Positions 13,301 through 25,584 of a DNA stretch of 64,000 nucleotides are shown piece by piece (the first letter of the stretch is position 1; every line of letters begins with the position of its first letter). Position numbers and translations under genes: made by a program. This stretch comes from Botryllus schlosseri. Taxonomy: Eukaryota. The DNA is taken from the NCBI GenBank assembly GCA_051294905.1, contig CM119372.1, positions 9,240,001 through 9,304,000 of the forward strand, in the 5' to 3' direction. The notes below the pieces were generated by a model. The model was not told the origin of the DNA and ran no database searches. It was given only the letters and a program-made list of their open reading frames with translations.

Positions 13301-16300
13301 GGCGGTGCACAATTCAACGAATTTCGTATGAAAAGTATTCAAGTGCGTTGTAGCGACACGGGAAGGTGTTCGCAATATTCGTTCGGCCTTTATTTATAAA
13401 TGGGCGATAAACGCGCCACGTGCGATTGGATAGGAATGCTATGCAGACCGATTTCTTTTGAAAAGCAAGCAGTCCGCAATATAATCATTTTAACCAATTC
13501 TCTACATCCGGCGGTTCCTAAATGCAATCAAACCACGCCCCATTTGGTGTTATTTTTGTTGACCAGCCTTCATGCCATTGAGCCGCGAAAGAAGGTCCTC
13601 CGAAGAACGAAACGGATGGTAAATCTTTGCAGTAAACCATAGAGTGATAGCATGAGTAGATTCTACACAAGCACTTATTCAATTTCTGGAATAGATACTT
13701 TAATACCCACGTGATAGAAATTTGCTGTGAAATCTGTAGCAAGCTTAGATTGAACCGAAAACGTAGACAGCAGTTGACACGGGGTACGTATAATTTTGTG
13801 TCCGGTTCCTGTTTCACGGAAAGCTTTGTAATATGGTCGATAGTCAATCATAGATCATGTTTGATGTAGGCGTGTGTATACGATTCCTTTTGATATTAGT
13901 TGATACATGCTATAGGCGTACGTAGCGAAGCATAATATAATTCATGATTTGTCATAGCTACCATCGTACAATTGTGATGCTACAGGGTAAATAGATGGAG
14001 TATATTTGGATAACAGCCATTTTCAAGCGATGTGTCTTCACGAAAGTTGGCAATAACGGCCATCGCAGAACAAACAATATCCTAACACAATAAATTCTTC
14101 GCGAATGGAGGCATGTTACAGCTCGCCACACAAAGGAGATTGTCGTATTGCGGCAATTCTATTGTGCTAATTCAGCCGACAGAATCCACCTAACAATCGA
14201 TAACGGATTATATTGCCTCACAGTATGCGGATGATGGGAATTGCGTGCCCAGTGCCCACCTTGTGTCGAGTAAGGTGATCTTAGCCAATCGGCAAACGTT
14301 GTATACGGTGCAGGCCGACATCAAATCGGAATGATAAATCAGTCTCTTCACACCAAGTTCTATTGTGTCCGATACTTCATTACAAATTTGCTCGCCTGGC
14401 CTCAGTAACTTCCAATGCTCGACACAAAGTATTTGCGCCCCGTTCTTGTGTAGTGTCGGTTGAGGGCTCTCTCGCAATCTCGTAAATCGTTGTGACCGAC
14501 AGTGTATAATGATTCAATGGGGAAAATAGGACTTGAAATATGAATAGGGCTTTTCGTTTTCAAAGATCTCGCGAGGCTATTTAGAGTGGCGTGTTGACAC
14601 AGGAGTTCTGCGAAATACTTGACTGATCCAGGCTGTTTAAATGAGTGGTCCCCATGAGTACCGTTACTATGGTTTCCCATTAACGATTTAACGGAATTGC
14701 ACGACTAAAACGGATTTTCGCATTATCGAAGAAACACAGCCACGAGAAAATCGCATATACGTGACAAATATCGCACTTCCTATATGATTCTTCCCTGTCT
14801 GTAAAAATTGAAAATGATATATTCTAGCCTGACAAGCATGTATATTTTACGCAGGTTTCGGATTCGTAACGTTCGAAGATGAAGATGCCGTGGAGAAAGC
14901 ATGTAGCATTCACTTTCATGAAATAAAGAAAAAGATGGTGCGTTTCAATTCGGGAAAATATCATATTTCCCGCCGATATTTGAATTTTTCGTATTAAATC
15001 TAATCCAGGTCGAATGCAAAAAGGCACAGCCGAAGGAGGTAATGATGCCGCAGCGACCGGCCGTGAGGGCACCGCGGCAATTCCAAATGCTTGACCCTGC
15101 GACAGTGATGTATCTTGGTAAGAATGTGGAATTTATTTCATCCGAATGACATTTGTCACTAGCTCTGCGATGTCTGCGAATATTGGTTACAGTCATTGAA
15201 AAGCGCCCCTGTAAATTCGTACTGTGCGCAACTGCGCAATGTGCGCATAGGTCATATTCAAGTTAAAACGTCAACTCTCGGTATCTCTATTCCTCTGTCG
15301 TCCATTCTGTTTACGTATCTAATTCGGACAGCGTGAACCATCAACCAACGAGTCTAGTAGTGTATTGTTATTCTAGCCGAAGTGGGTGTTTAGTTGGATA
15401 TAAAGAGGCCTAAATTCTTATTATATTATGCCTTTATCCCGCAATGATAAAGTCAAACGGATTTGAAAAGAAACTAAAATCCTGCGAATGATCGCGATTG
15501 GCCACTGTTACATCACGTTCAGGCACTTTGTGAAAATATTTGGAGACCCTGCTACTGAGTGATACCTAAGTCTTTGATGGTAGTATTTTCGCTATTCCCG
15601 ACTGAGCCGTGAATCACAGGTCATAGCATTATTGTGCCACTATAACGATAAGAATTGTCGGTAAAAGCAGATAACGATGGGTACATCTGAACATGAGCAA
15701 AACATTATTGAATACTGAAGTTACTTTGTGATTCGTTGGGATGTTTAACTATCACAGAGGCGCGGCAATGCTATCAGCCCTAAATTGAAAATGGGAAGGT
15801 CTTGCACCGTCAATACTAGTTTGTAGTTACACGTTCGACTGGCACTTATTATAGCAGCGGTTCTCAACCGGGGGTCCGCGAAGCAATTTCAGCGGGTCCG
15901 CGAGACCTCTAAATTTTTAGTATGGTTGATGTTCTAATTTTTTTATTTGGGAAAGCATGAGGCAGTTTTGCACAACAACTGCTAAAACCTCATGACTCAT
16001 ATCATTGTAATAATCGTCCGAAATGAACTATCGTAGTGTGGAAATTCATTTTCATTGCCAATTTTCCATTAACCTGTTGATACAAACATATTGCTGTTTC
16101 GAGACGTTTTGTTGGGGTTTGTGGAAAAAATAAAAGTATGGAGATAGTAACGTCAATCAGGGTGACTTCGTAATGTCTGCGAAACCTTATCGATTTGAAG
16201 TTGTCAGTCTCATCAAATTAGTGAACAGTCGTTTGAAATGAAAATTTCCGGATTATTTCCCTAATTTGTCCCAATGCAGGGATTGAAACCTCGCCACGAA

Positions 16301-18774
16301 ATCCATTTTATCCTGTGATATACATAACCACTATTTGAACAGCTTCTTGGAGGTACAGAACTTCAATATACAATTGAATAATATATTCATATTGAAATGA
16401 ACCCGAATATTTTTGGCTCACACCCGTCATAAATCGGACAATGATGTACCTGCTCCTAAAGCTCGGCTATCAGATTTGGCGCATTCTTATTGCGGATGCC
16501 CTATCGCCAAGGCTGTTTTTTGATGAACAAGGAGTGTTTCGTTGCTATTAAAGTATTACGCTCCAACCCTGAAATTCATATCACTAGTTATATTGGCATG
16601 CAGCTTTGTCTTGGTTGTGTTCCATTGACCATTGTCCATCGTCGAAAATGTTTGCGCGTAAATATATATGTAAACCGGAACAGAACAAGTAGTTTCATGA
16701 CAGTCTTTCTCAGGTTGGCAAACTTGGATCCATTCTTTGGCGCATAAAATTTGTCTATATACTTTTAGATTAGGATTTTACCTTGACGGCAGAAACTCTC
16801 TGCGGGCCGGTCAAAATCCCGTCGCGATCCGAATCCGGCCCACGGTATGTTGCCCGTACCTGCGCTGGATCCTGGAGTGATATGTTAATAAAATATATGT
16901 TTCTTCATTTTGGTGCCATAAATGTTGCGATCACACCAAAAGTATCGTCGGAAGCGTTATGCGTTAATATTGCATTAGCCCCCATCTATTTTTGCGGAAA
17001 TGGTTTTCGGCACTTCTCGTTCATATCAAAACGAAGATCCGGATTTTCAAGACCCGACCACGTACTTCAAGAAATACAGCACCAAAATTAGCTTTGAAAT
17101 AATAAAAATCTACCAATTTATACATAAATAGTATGATGTTATTTGCATGAAAAATCATTATTTTGCTATTCATCACAAACCTACAGTTCATATTTGCACA
17201 AGACAGATATAAAGGTTGCACCATAATAGAGCTAAATTTGAACTAAAACTTAAGGGAGTCCGCGAGAGTCCTTGACGGCCAAAAGGGGTCCGCGAAGCCA
17301 AAAAGGTTGAGAACCACTGTATTATAGTTTAGTCATGCTGAGTTGGACAACAATAATATAGTCATCTCTTCCTAATTAGATAAGAATTTTAATTATAGCT
17401 ACTCAATCTTTCCAAATTAGAGAAGAATTAGATTTACTGAATTCGCAAAAACTTGGAAATTGAATTGAAGTCTGAATATGAAAGAAATACAACAAAACCA
17501 AGTTTAGTTCGTATCAAATTCAAATTCGTTCATATCAAATAGAGTTAGATCAGTCAGCGGCATTTCGCTCTTTTAGACAACTAGAATCATCTGGTTGTCA
17601 AAGTGGACATGTACCGCAACATCTCTAACCCAACTGAATCCGTTCCATACAGGTGGATATCCTCAGCAAATGCCACGCTACACAGGCATCGCGGCCAACC
17701 CACCAATAGCGTATTATCCCGCGGCACCACTCACGGGGGCACTTACGTACACCATCCAGGATCCAGCCACGGGTCTTCCGCGTCTAGCCACCGGTCTTGG
17801 ACCTACGATGGGAGGAGCATTTTTAACCGGACCGGTTCAACAGCAGGCTACTCGGATCGACGGCCTGCAGGCCTCCACACAGATTCCCCATCTTGTACAC
17901 GCCGGGGCTGATGTTAAGAGAGACTTGAACGCAGCCGGTACAACCTGTCATATTTGAGACGCAGCTATTTGGAGACATACGCCAATAATTTTTTTCATTC
18001 GTTGCGTAGGTCTTGCGTACCCTACGACATCAATCCCATCTGCTTCGCCGACCGCGGCCTTGAGGGCGGCGACATACAACGGCAGCCAAAGCGCGTTGGA
18101 TCTATATTCTCAAGTGGGCGCGACGCATTTAACCGCGGCTCATGATGCGGCGGCGATTGGCGGGTATATGGGACCAGCTGCTTCTCCACAGCCTGGTAGC
18201 GCTACTTTTGCGGCTAGTAGCATCGCTCTGCAAGCGGTAAGTACGCAGTGCCCAGGCTATGTATCTCTAGCATGACACCAGCGACATCATGCGGCGTTAC
18301 AACGCTCGATACTTTCTGCGCACAGCGCTCAGCAGCCAATGCTCCAAACACAAATATGTATAGATGTCTACCACCCCTACTAGTTACCGAACAGCGTGTC
18401 ACTGAGATAGCATATTGATATATCGTTTGATCGCCTGGGCTTCAGCGTTTTTAAAATGCCATCATTTCTTTCAGCCGATGTTGACTCAACTCAGCTATCA
18501 CTAAACTTTGCGGAGCAGATCGACTTCTTCATTTTGCGTTCTATTTTCTATTATCTCGACTGTAAAATTCCAATTGATGAAACCGTTCTAGTTGTCATAT
18601 ATCTTTTTTTTATCCGATGGCTGTTGCTGTTCCCATTTTAGTCGATGCTCAGCAGATATTTTATGAGCTGGCCTTTATTACAGTAGTCTCACGAATTGAT
18701 AAAAACAATGGTAGGGGAAGTGTGTTAACAATTTTTCGCGATTTTAGAGTGCTTCTTCAGGGTACATCATCTAA
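4378..18774 (+). CDS. msi: Musashi-family RNA-binding protein with two RRMs, about 392 aa. join(4378-4433,4688-4728,4787-4868,6157-6241,6599-6640,12388-12480,13077-13125,14855-14937,15009-15117,17653-17937,18010-18236,18748-18774)
   Basis: All introns are GT-AG with consistent phase (1179 nt total). Translation includes [72 protein letters not shown] and the C-terminal AASPQPGS motif typical of Musashi. The last exon (SASSGYII*) is the least certain part. Confidence 0.95.
5529..6011. mobile_element. Family-A non-autonomous hAT MITE in musashi intron 3
   Basis: TIRs tagggttgtgtttaaaacaa / ttgtcttaaatgcaaccct; 8-bp TSD cgcactgc / cgcactga. Confidence 0.85.
7030..8362. mobile_element. Non-autonomous hAT element with AGTA/TACT-rich subterminal arrays
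   Basis: Ends cagaggtggtca / tgaccgcttctg; perfect 8-bp TSD attgaatc at 7022-7029 and 8363-8370. Confidence 0.9.
7542..7588 (-). mobile_element. Very short insertion of a Penelope-like element terminus, nested in the hAT element
   Basis: agcttcttggaggcacagaacttcaatatacaattgaata is nearly identical to 16341-16380. It is flanked by 13-bp direct repeats taatctggaaaag / taatctgggaaag. Confidence 0.55.
15855..17319. mobile_element. Non-autonomous hAT (Buster-like) element in musashi intron 9
   Basis: TIRs cagcggttctcaacc / ggttgagaaccactg, subterminal ggggtccgcga repeats, perfect TSD tattatag. Confidence 0.92.
16341..16680 (-). mobile_element. Degenerate Penelope-like 3' remnant with a mutated hammerhead motif
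   Basis: 16362-16430 is homologous to 25166-25242. The minus strand shows decayed NFRVG...SLFIKKQP resembling the PLE endonuclease C-terminus. The hammerhead core is mutated (ATGACGG...AAAA). Confidence 0.55.
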
Positions 18775-20861
18775 CAGCACAAACTCTCTTTCTAGTTATC
18801 TAATTAGTTGAACTCCAGTCCCCAACCCCAAACACTTTGTACATTTCCTTTAATTCGTGTCTTGTTTTGCGTGCGTTATAATTATAATATTGTTTAAAGA
18901 TTTGGAGTAGGAGTGAGAATAGAAAATGGTGTCATCCCAATACGGCTAACTGCGAGTACGTAGTTATTTTCCTCGTGCAAGTCGCATCGTTGGCAATCCA
19001 CGCGTGATACAGCTAAGATCGTATGTCCTATCCCCTTTACGTTTGTGAGTATGAAATTGAATGATGTAGACCTAAACATTGCATACATAAATGCTTTATA
19101 AATAACTATATACCAACGGATCGATCACAATCACTCTTTTTATTTATTGACTCACTGGTAGTTTAGAAATTTGGCGTTGTACTAACATAGTCGATAGCAT
19201 GCTGGTTAGATTCAACTCACTGTGCTAAGACTTACTTATTGGGCAAACCTTTACCTTCAAGACAATATTTCGCTCGTTTTCTTCATGTTTCGGTGCCTTA
19301 GGTAGCGGTTTGATCTAGAAGAGGTGATTAGTTGGTGTTTTACTTTCTTCTTGTTACACAATAACTCTGAAATACTTTTTATACAATGCACGTATTTATA
19401 CAGCTTACTCGCTTGATAGGAGCTTTTATGGGTCGGGTCCCTCACCAAGTGACTTCTCGAAATATTGTTAGAGTATGTAGCCTGAATTAAGTTTGGTAGT
19501 TGTGAGTATGCGGTGGGCCTAATCTATTAATCAGACTACATTGTGCAATTGTAGCTTTTATAACTGTGCTAGAATTCGGATAACATGCGATCAAAAGTGA
19601 ATGGAAGTTAGTACTGAGGTTGTTGGTGAATTTTTCTTTTCACTGTATATTTTCACTTTATTTGTTCTCATCATTTCGATTGCACAACATCGCAACCTGA
19701 ACTGCTTTACTTTATTATCTACTATTTCCCAGTCCTTTCACGAAGACAAAAAAAATTCCCTAAATCAAAAGTTTCCTTTATGTCATTTCTGTTTTGTGAC
19801 ATTAATAAACCGACTTGAACGACACGCGTTCGACTTGCTACATGTTTCACTCAGATATTCCTGGCAGGGTAAATTCTTCATTGATAGATAGACGATATGC
19901 AGACACAGGCTGTCGCAGGCTGCGGATGATTTGTGTTCCAAAAGCTTACTATAATGATTCCAGTTAACATATAATTTTGAGGACGGAACGAAGAAACTCG
20001 TACACGTAGTACACTATTGAGTATAGGGTCATTCTGGTACAACATTGAATTGGCTGGAGACTGTGTGGACGGGCGTGGAAGCGATTCGTAAGCAAATTAT
20101 TTCAGTGAATAATTGTTCGAATTATTAAAATTGCAACTGATTGAAAGGTTCGGGTATAATTAATACACGTCACGTCATTGTCATTTCGAGTACTTCCTGT
20201 CCTTCCTTAAATCTTGTTTTATATTTTGAAATTATATGAAAGCAATGGACTAGATTTCCAGACGTAGTGTGAAAGTAACGAATAAAGATTAAATGAACAA
20301 ACGAACGGACCTATGGATCGATCAAAACAGTGCATAACTAATCACTAATAAACACTAGATCAAGAATAAATTTTCATAATATTGTCTCAGAAAAGGAAGA
20401 ATAGTTAGTCGCTATGTAGGTCGTGATTCACGCATTGACCGATGCTTACGCTGTTGGAGGTCAATAAGAAAAGATAATAATTGCACCAACAGCTTTATTA
20501 GTTGTGGAAAATGTCATTCACTCGTATTGAAGCCCCTTAATTTTCAAACCCTGATTTACCACCTATATCTTTGGATTATTTCATCAGCTTACAATATATG
20601 AAACATATTCCAGTCCCTGTAAAAATAATGACCTATGTCGCGCATATCGAAATAGAAAATATTGCGGACCGTATGCCAAAGCGTTTGATTCGCGATTTTG
20701 AGAGTTCGGCCACCATGTGGTACTGTTCTGACTCCAGATCAGCGAGTTAATGACATACTATGGCCTGAAAGCGATTCTTGTACCTCCAATTGAGTCGCGT
20801 TCGAGTTTAAAACACGTAGGGCCGTTGGCGCATACATCCTAATGAATTTAACGTCTTAATT

Positions 20862-21857
20862 TTATGGTTTATTGGTATAATTATTGAGAGTGATCTCGCT
20901 ATCTATGGATGCCGTTTTCTTTGACGAACAACTGAACACAATGCCAATGAAATTATCAAAAGTCCCCAGCATACATAAATGATTAATGATGATGTCAAGA
21001 TTCACCACTGCTCTGCTGAATGCCACGAGATCAGGATTAAATGAAAAGTAACTAAAAGCCAGCGGTGACATATCAGACACCACAACAACCAATGAGCATA
21101 TTATGTAACGTTTAACGTTAGAAATAAGTCTGCACTGCTCTCGATATCGCGTTCCATCCATTTCGCCCCTTCGCCTCTTTATAATCATGATCATCGGGAG
21201 AACGAACATAGCAACCAGCGATATTTGCATGAAGGTTAGTGATGTATACGTTACGTAGCCGAAGTAATTGGGGGTATCCGTGCTGTTTGGTCCTACCTGG
21301 CAACCTAGTTCATGCATCACATACTTAGCAGGATATACGAATAGTAAAATCATGAATGAAAAAGAAAGAAAAATAACGAGTAACAAAAAATTACTGGCCG
21401 GTTCGATCCACTTCGGGATCAAGGACTTAACAAACTCATCGCGACGTAGAATGCGCTGTCTGTACCACAGGAACAGATACGTTGCTACCATTGGTAAACA
21501 CGCATGAGCGAATGCAACATCGGTAAATATTTCACACAAATTATCATCCAGTGTGATGAGCTGCTCTGCAAATGTGATCACGAATCTAGGCATGCCCAAA
21601 GCCACGGAGAGGAAGGCGGCGATGAAGATCTTTCCTTTCGCAGTTTTGGTGCTCCATTTTCCAAATCGTCGTCCATGCAGGATCATACTCAAAAGTAACC
21701 AAGTTGTAGCCAGGAAGACACTGATGTCTGTTGCGTGACAAAAGTTAACCCCTACTTTGATCCAAATGCTTATGGTTTCTGTTTCATATCCATCGATAGA
21801 GTGTGTCTTTATTATATTTGATTCATCATTCTTCGTGTTCCTGCTATCATTCATCAT
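20862..21857 (-). CDS. Intronless orphan 7-transmembrane, GPCR-like protein, about 331 aa from MMNDS
   Basis: Single ORF with about 7 hydrophobic segments, an N-terminal NDS sequon, Cys at the top of TM3 (NLCE) and in ECL2 (LGCQ), and FLWYRQR at the DRY position. First ATG at 21857. Confidence 0.8.
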   Translation of the reverse strand: MMNDSRNTKNDESNIIKTHSIDGYETETISIWIKVGVNFCHATDISVFLATTWLLLSMILHGRRFGKWSTKTAKGKIFIAAFLSVALGMPRFVITFAEQLITLDDNLCEIFTDVAFAHACLPMVATYLFLWYRQRILRRDEFVKSLIPKWIEPASNFLLLVIFLSFSFMILLFVYPAKYVMHELGCQVGPNSTDTPNYFGYVTYTSLTFMQISLVAMFVLPMIMIIKRRRGEMDGTRYREQCRLISNVKRYIICSLVVVVSDMSPLAFSYFSFNPDLVAFSRAVVNLDIIINHLCMLGTFDNFIGIVFSCSSKKTASIDSEITLNNYTNKP

Positions 21858-23124
21858 GTATGAGAGTTGCTCAATTCGGGACGATGTAATATGTACAAAT
21901 GAGATATAGGTATATGCCACAATTATGTATATCCTATATCAAAATGAAAAGCGTGATTTATGGTGCTGTTGCCTTTTCCCACTAGCTGCTTCGTAATTTA
22001 ATGCCCGTGGATTCCGAGTTCTGGTATAAACCAGATGATAGCGATCGCAATCGATTACACAATACAGAATAAGGTATTGTACGTATACAGTATATTGTAC
22101 CATACGGGTGTCCAACCGTTTTGACTAGAACAATATGGTTCCTAACCTCTTTATAGTGTCAGCTGACTTTCCGACTTGAAAATATTCTGTGGCCCACTTC
22201 AAGTTCTGTCTTTGTCAGAAAGTTCCCAGACATTTGAACTGCCTACGACCATGGGTAATGGGTATATTTCATTACTTTTGTGATGGTTACCGGCTATCCA
22301 TGTTCTCATTTCCCCACGTTTCTCCTAATGATGGATTTTCGTGTTCCCTTTTACTTGTCATCATCGATGAGTCAAAGTGACGAAATTCCTTTTATATTTC
22401 AAGTTCAACTCACTGCATATACTGATGTTAACTTACGATACGAGTCAGAGGAACACCCTATTTTTTAATCTACATGAATATCTATATGAATATGTTATAT
22501 TGAAATATTAAACACGAACAAAACTTTACATTTCGACCATACAAACTTTAAAAGTTTCCTAATAGCTGCGTGGCCCACCTGAAAATGTTTCAGAATTTTA
22601 CTTATTTTCGTGGATGCGCTATTTAAGTATAAGTTAACAACGCCGCATTTGATTGCAGTTACTATAGTTTCCAGTAAAAATGTTCAAGTTGTTTTTCCTA
22701 CTTAAATCCAATTCCCTGATGTGCCATAGCTTAGCTTTTGTAATTAATATATAAACATCTTCAATTCGCACACTCTCCTCATATAGCTCCAGCAGATTAT
22801 AAATCATGAAATTAATCTATGACCTGGCATTTCCCGACGCTCAATTTCCAAAAATGTGAAGCTTCGAATTGGCGAACAAACGAATAGAGGATAACACTGC
22901 CTTGCATCCACTCAACGCGATTTATTTCTTACATTTGATCATATGCGCATATAGTTTTTGTGTAAGCAGGCACGATGATATAGCGCATATTCCTGATAAA
23001 TCAAATTATCCAAATAATGACCGGTGTGCTTAATGTAGCACTTCCAATCCGCTGCAACTTACCAAATTTCATCTTCTAGATTTTACGTCAATCGCTACAA
23101 TTACGATTCTATAATTATCCAATA

Positions 23125-25010
23125 CAGTGACGTGCGGTCAGTGGAGGCAATTGAGGCAGTGCCTCAACTGTCGTAAGGGTGAGTAAAAGAAATTCGTGAA
23201 AACCTTCATTACATTGATATTTTATATCGGTGTCATGAACGATTAAATTTACAACATTTGTAAACCTCAAATCAAGGAATTTTCATATTCATTGTTCAAA
23301 AATATAACGCGAGAGTAGAGGTGAAGCACAGGAGAATCACATACGGGCCAAGTATCACCTGTGATAGCGTAATTCATCATAAACAGCTCATAATTTATAA
23401 TAACTGGTATTAATCGAACGCTATTATCGCAGTGATTCCTAAAATCAAAATATCATTTTTGCCCCAGAACCGTCTCAACATCATCAAAGAATGTAAATTT
23501 GGCTTTGATGCTTACGATGACAGCGTACAACAGCAGGGGTTCTCAGCCCGCGTCCCGCAGACGTTTGTTTTGTGACCCGCGACATCTTTCATTATGAACG
23601 AAATTACTACTGGGAGAGTATTGTTACGTATTAATTTAGCTACTTAGCTCTCTGTTTCGTTTGATTACTCATTCTTTGATGAGTTCTAGTTTCTTGATAT
23701 ATTCCTGAGTTTAGATTGTTATTGTTCTGAGTCGTCGGTATTCGGCTGAACTCTGGCTCCAGAGAATCCCGTTGCGAAGTACACTTTTGATGAGTGTTTC
23801 ACTCACCGCGAATGGTTTAAACAGAAACAAGAACAAGAAACGGGAAATTAAACTGCGAAAACTGGGCTTGTAACTCTGCGTGGAACAATGAATTTGCTTT
23901 CTTAGATATAAATGGAAAACCGATGTGTCATATTTATCGAAGAACAGTTGCCTTAACGAAGCGTAGAAGCTTAAAATGATACAACGGCAGTTTCTTTTGG
24001 AGTTATACATATCGCCTGATCTTGAAAAAAACGTTGCTATAGCTATAGGTGTCAAGCACAGCAATCCCTATATCGAGGGATTGTTAAAATTGCAGACGGC
24101 ATTACAGACCCATCGTTCAAAATTGCTTGGAATATCGCTAAACCCAAGAAATCCACTAGAGAAGGTGTGATTTCAATCAAACTTAAACTTGCTGTGCGAA
24201 TATTCGCGGTTTCCGGAACTTAGCAGCAATAGGGACAACATCACCTGGCAAATTTCGAAGTTACCGTTGTCTGATTCAACCGTGAACTGAAGAGTAAGAG
24301 CAATGCCAGTTGATCCTTTATTGCATGTTCTGAAACACATTGCCGCGTAGACTGCTTTAGCTTAGCATTGGACGAATCCACCGACTCCACAGTCCAGAGT
24401 CATTGCTTAGCTAGCATTGCTTAGTGCATTTTATCAGAGTGGACATATTTGCAGAGGAAACGCTGGCAGGGCAAACATGGAGAGGGGACCAGCGAAAACC
24501 ATCAACTTGATAAAGCTGACTTCTGTAACTATTGGTACATGGCTCCAGGATGGAAGGAAATGAGAAGGGTTGATTGGTTTGCTCAGAAATGACCCCGAAC
24601 GCCATACTCCTTATATCACTGATAGATCAAAGTGATAATGGCCTCTGTACAGAACAAGCTACCGTGATTTTGTACTTGCTCGCTCACGCATTGAAACAGA
24701 GAGTCCGCTTATGTGGTGGAAGGGTTTGAACGCCTAGCCTACATATTCTCACAAAAACAGTAACTGCAAACTTACGAACATTGTCCATAAATGCTTTAGA
24801 ATGCATAAAAATGTAATAAATTCCCGTATATGACTGGTAAATAGGCTACAGTAACCTCAATTTAATAGTAGCCCACAAATACATGGTAGTAATGATCTGC
24901 GGCCCGCAGCGTCCTTAGCTGTTAAAATGCGGCCCGTCATGCAAGGGAAGTTGAGAACCCTGGCGTACAGCAACAATAACCATAGATGAAGCACATAATA
25001 ATCTGACTCA
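23125..25010. mobile_element. Family-B hAT element (CAGTGACGTG terminus) interrupted by a Buster-like insertion; right end not found
   Basis: cagtgacgtgcggtcagtggaggcaattgaggcagtgcctca and internal blocks match 55218-56681 and, inverted, 33168-35011. Confidence 0.7.
23531..24962 (+). mobile_element. Buster/SPIN-like hAT element with a decayed transposase fossil
   Basis: TIR caggggttctca / tgagaaccctg and TSD gcgtacaa / gcgtacag. The plus strand at 24353-24385 encodes CFSLALDESTD (first catalytic Asp region), followed by frameshifted KLTSVT and KGLIGLL-like segments. Confidence 0.85.
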
Positions 25011-25149
25011 CTGAATATGCTTGCTAACAGTCCGTAAATCGCAGCTCAGTGAAACAATGCGCCATCGACATCGCAAACCGGCGTTGTGCCATGAATCGTG
25101 AAGTTGCGATGGTCAATATGTAGTACAGACCAAATACATTTATTTACTG

Positions 25150-25584
25150 ATGTAGTTGGTATGTCTTCAATTGCACAATTGAATAGTATATTCATCATTC
25201 ATATTGAAATGAACCCGAATGTTTTCGGCTGACACTCGTCAGGAGTAATCGTCAGCAACTAGTAGCGAATGGATAAGAACATCGCATATCAACAATCGTA
25301 TCACAAAATATGACGTCACCAGCATGAGATTTCAAATACGAGAGTGTTCAATGTACGAACTCTTGTTGTTGACACAGCCTTGGCTGGTATATTTTGATAA
25401 AAGTCGACTCCAAGGCACACAAATGAAAGTGTGAACGGATCCTTCCAACGACACGAAATCTGCCGTTTCGATAATTTTTCGCACAAGCAGAATTATTCAA
25501 CAGATGTTTGCCAATGGCAAAATGGCCAGTGCGAAAAATTATCGAGACGACCGATTTCGTGTCGTTGGGAGGGGCCGTTCACAC
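25150..25584 (-). mobile_element. Penelope-like retroelement remnant: GIY-YIG endonuclease C-terminus, 3' region and inverted 5' segment
   Basis: Minus strand from about 25522 to 25350 reads FAIGKHLLNNSACAKNYRNGRFRVVGRIRSHFHLCALESTFIKIYQPRLCQQQEFVH*, typical of PLE ORF ends. 25429-25484 is repeated in inverted orientation at 25529-25584. Confidence 0.85.
25213..25246 (-). ncRNA. Minimal type-I hammerhead ribozyme motif of the Penelope-like element
   Basis: Minus strand ACUC-CUGACGA-GUGUCAGCC-GAAA-ACAU-UC-GGGU. Both core boxes are intact, stem I is ACUC/GGGU, stem II is 1 bp and stem III is minimal. It lies about 100 nt downstream of the PLE ORF stop. Confidence 0.6.

Noticed and set aside
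23711..24064. 117-aa minus-strand ORF, and most other 60-130 aa ORFs in the track
   Set aside because: They are antisense to exons or transposon fossils, or lie in repeats, and show no protein features.
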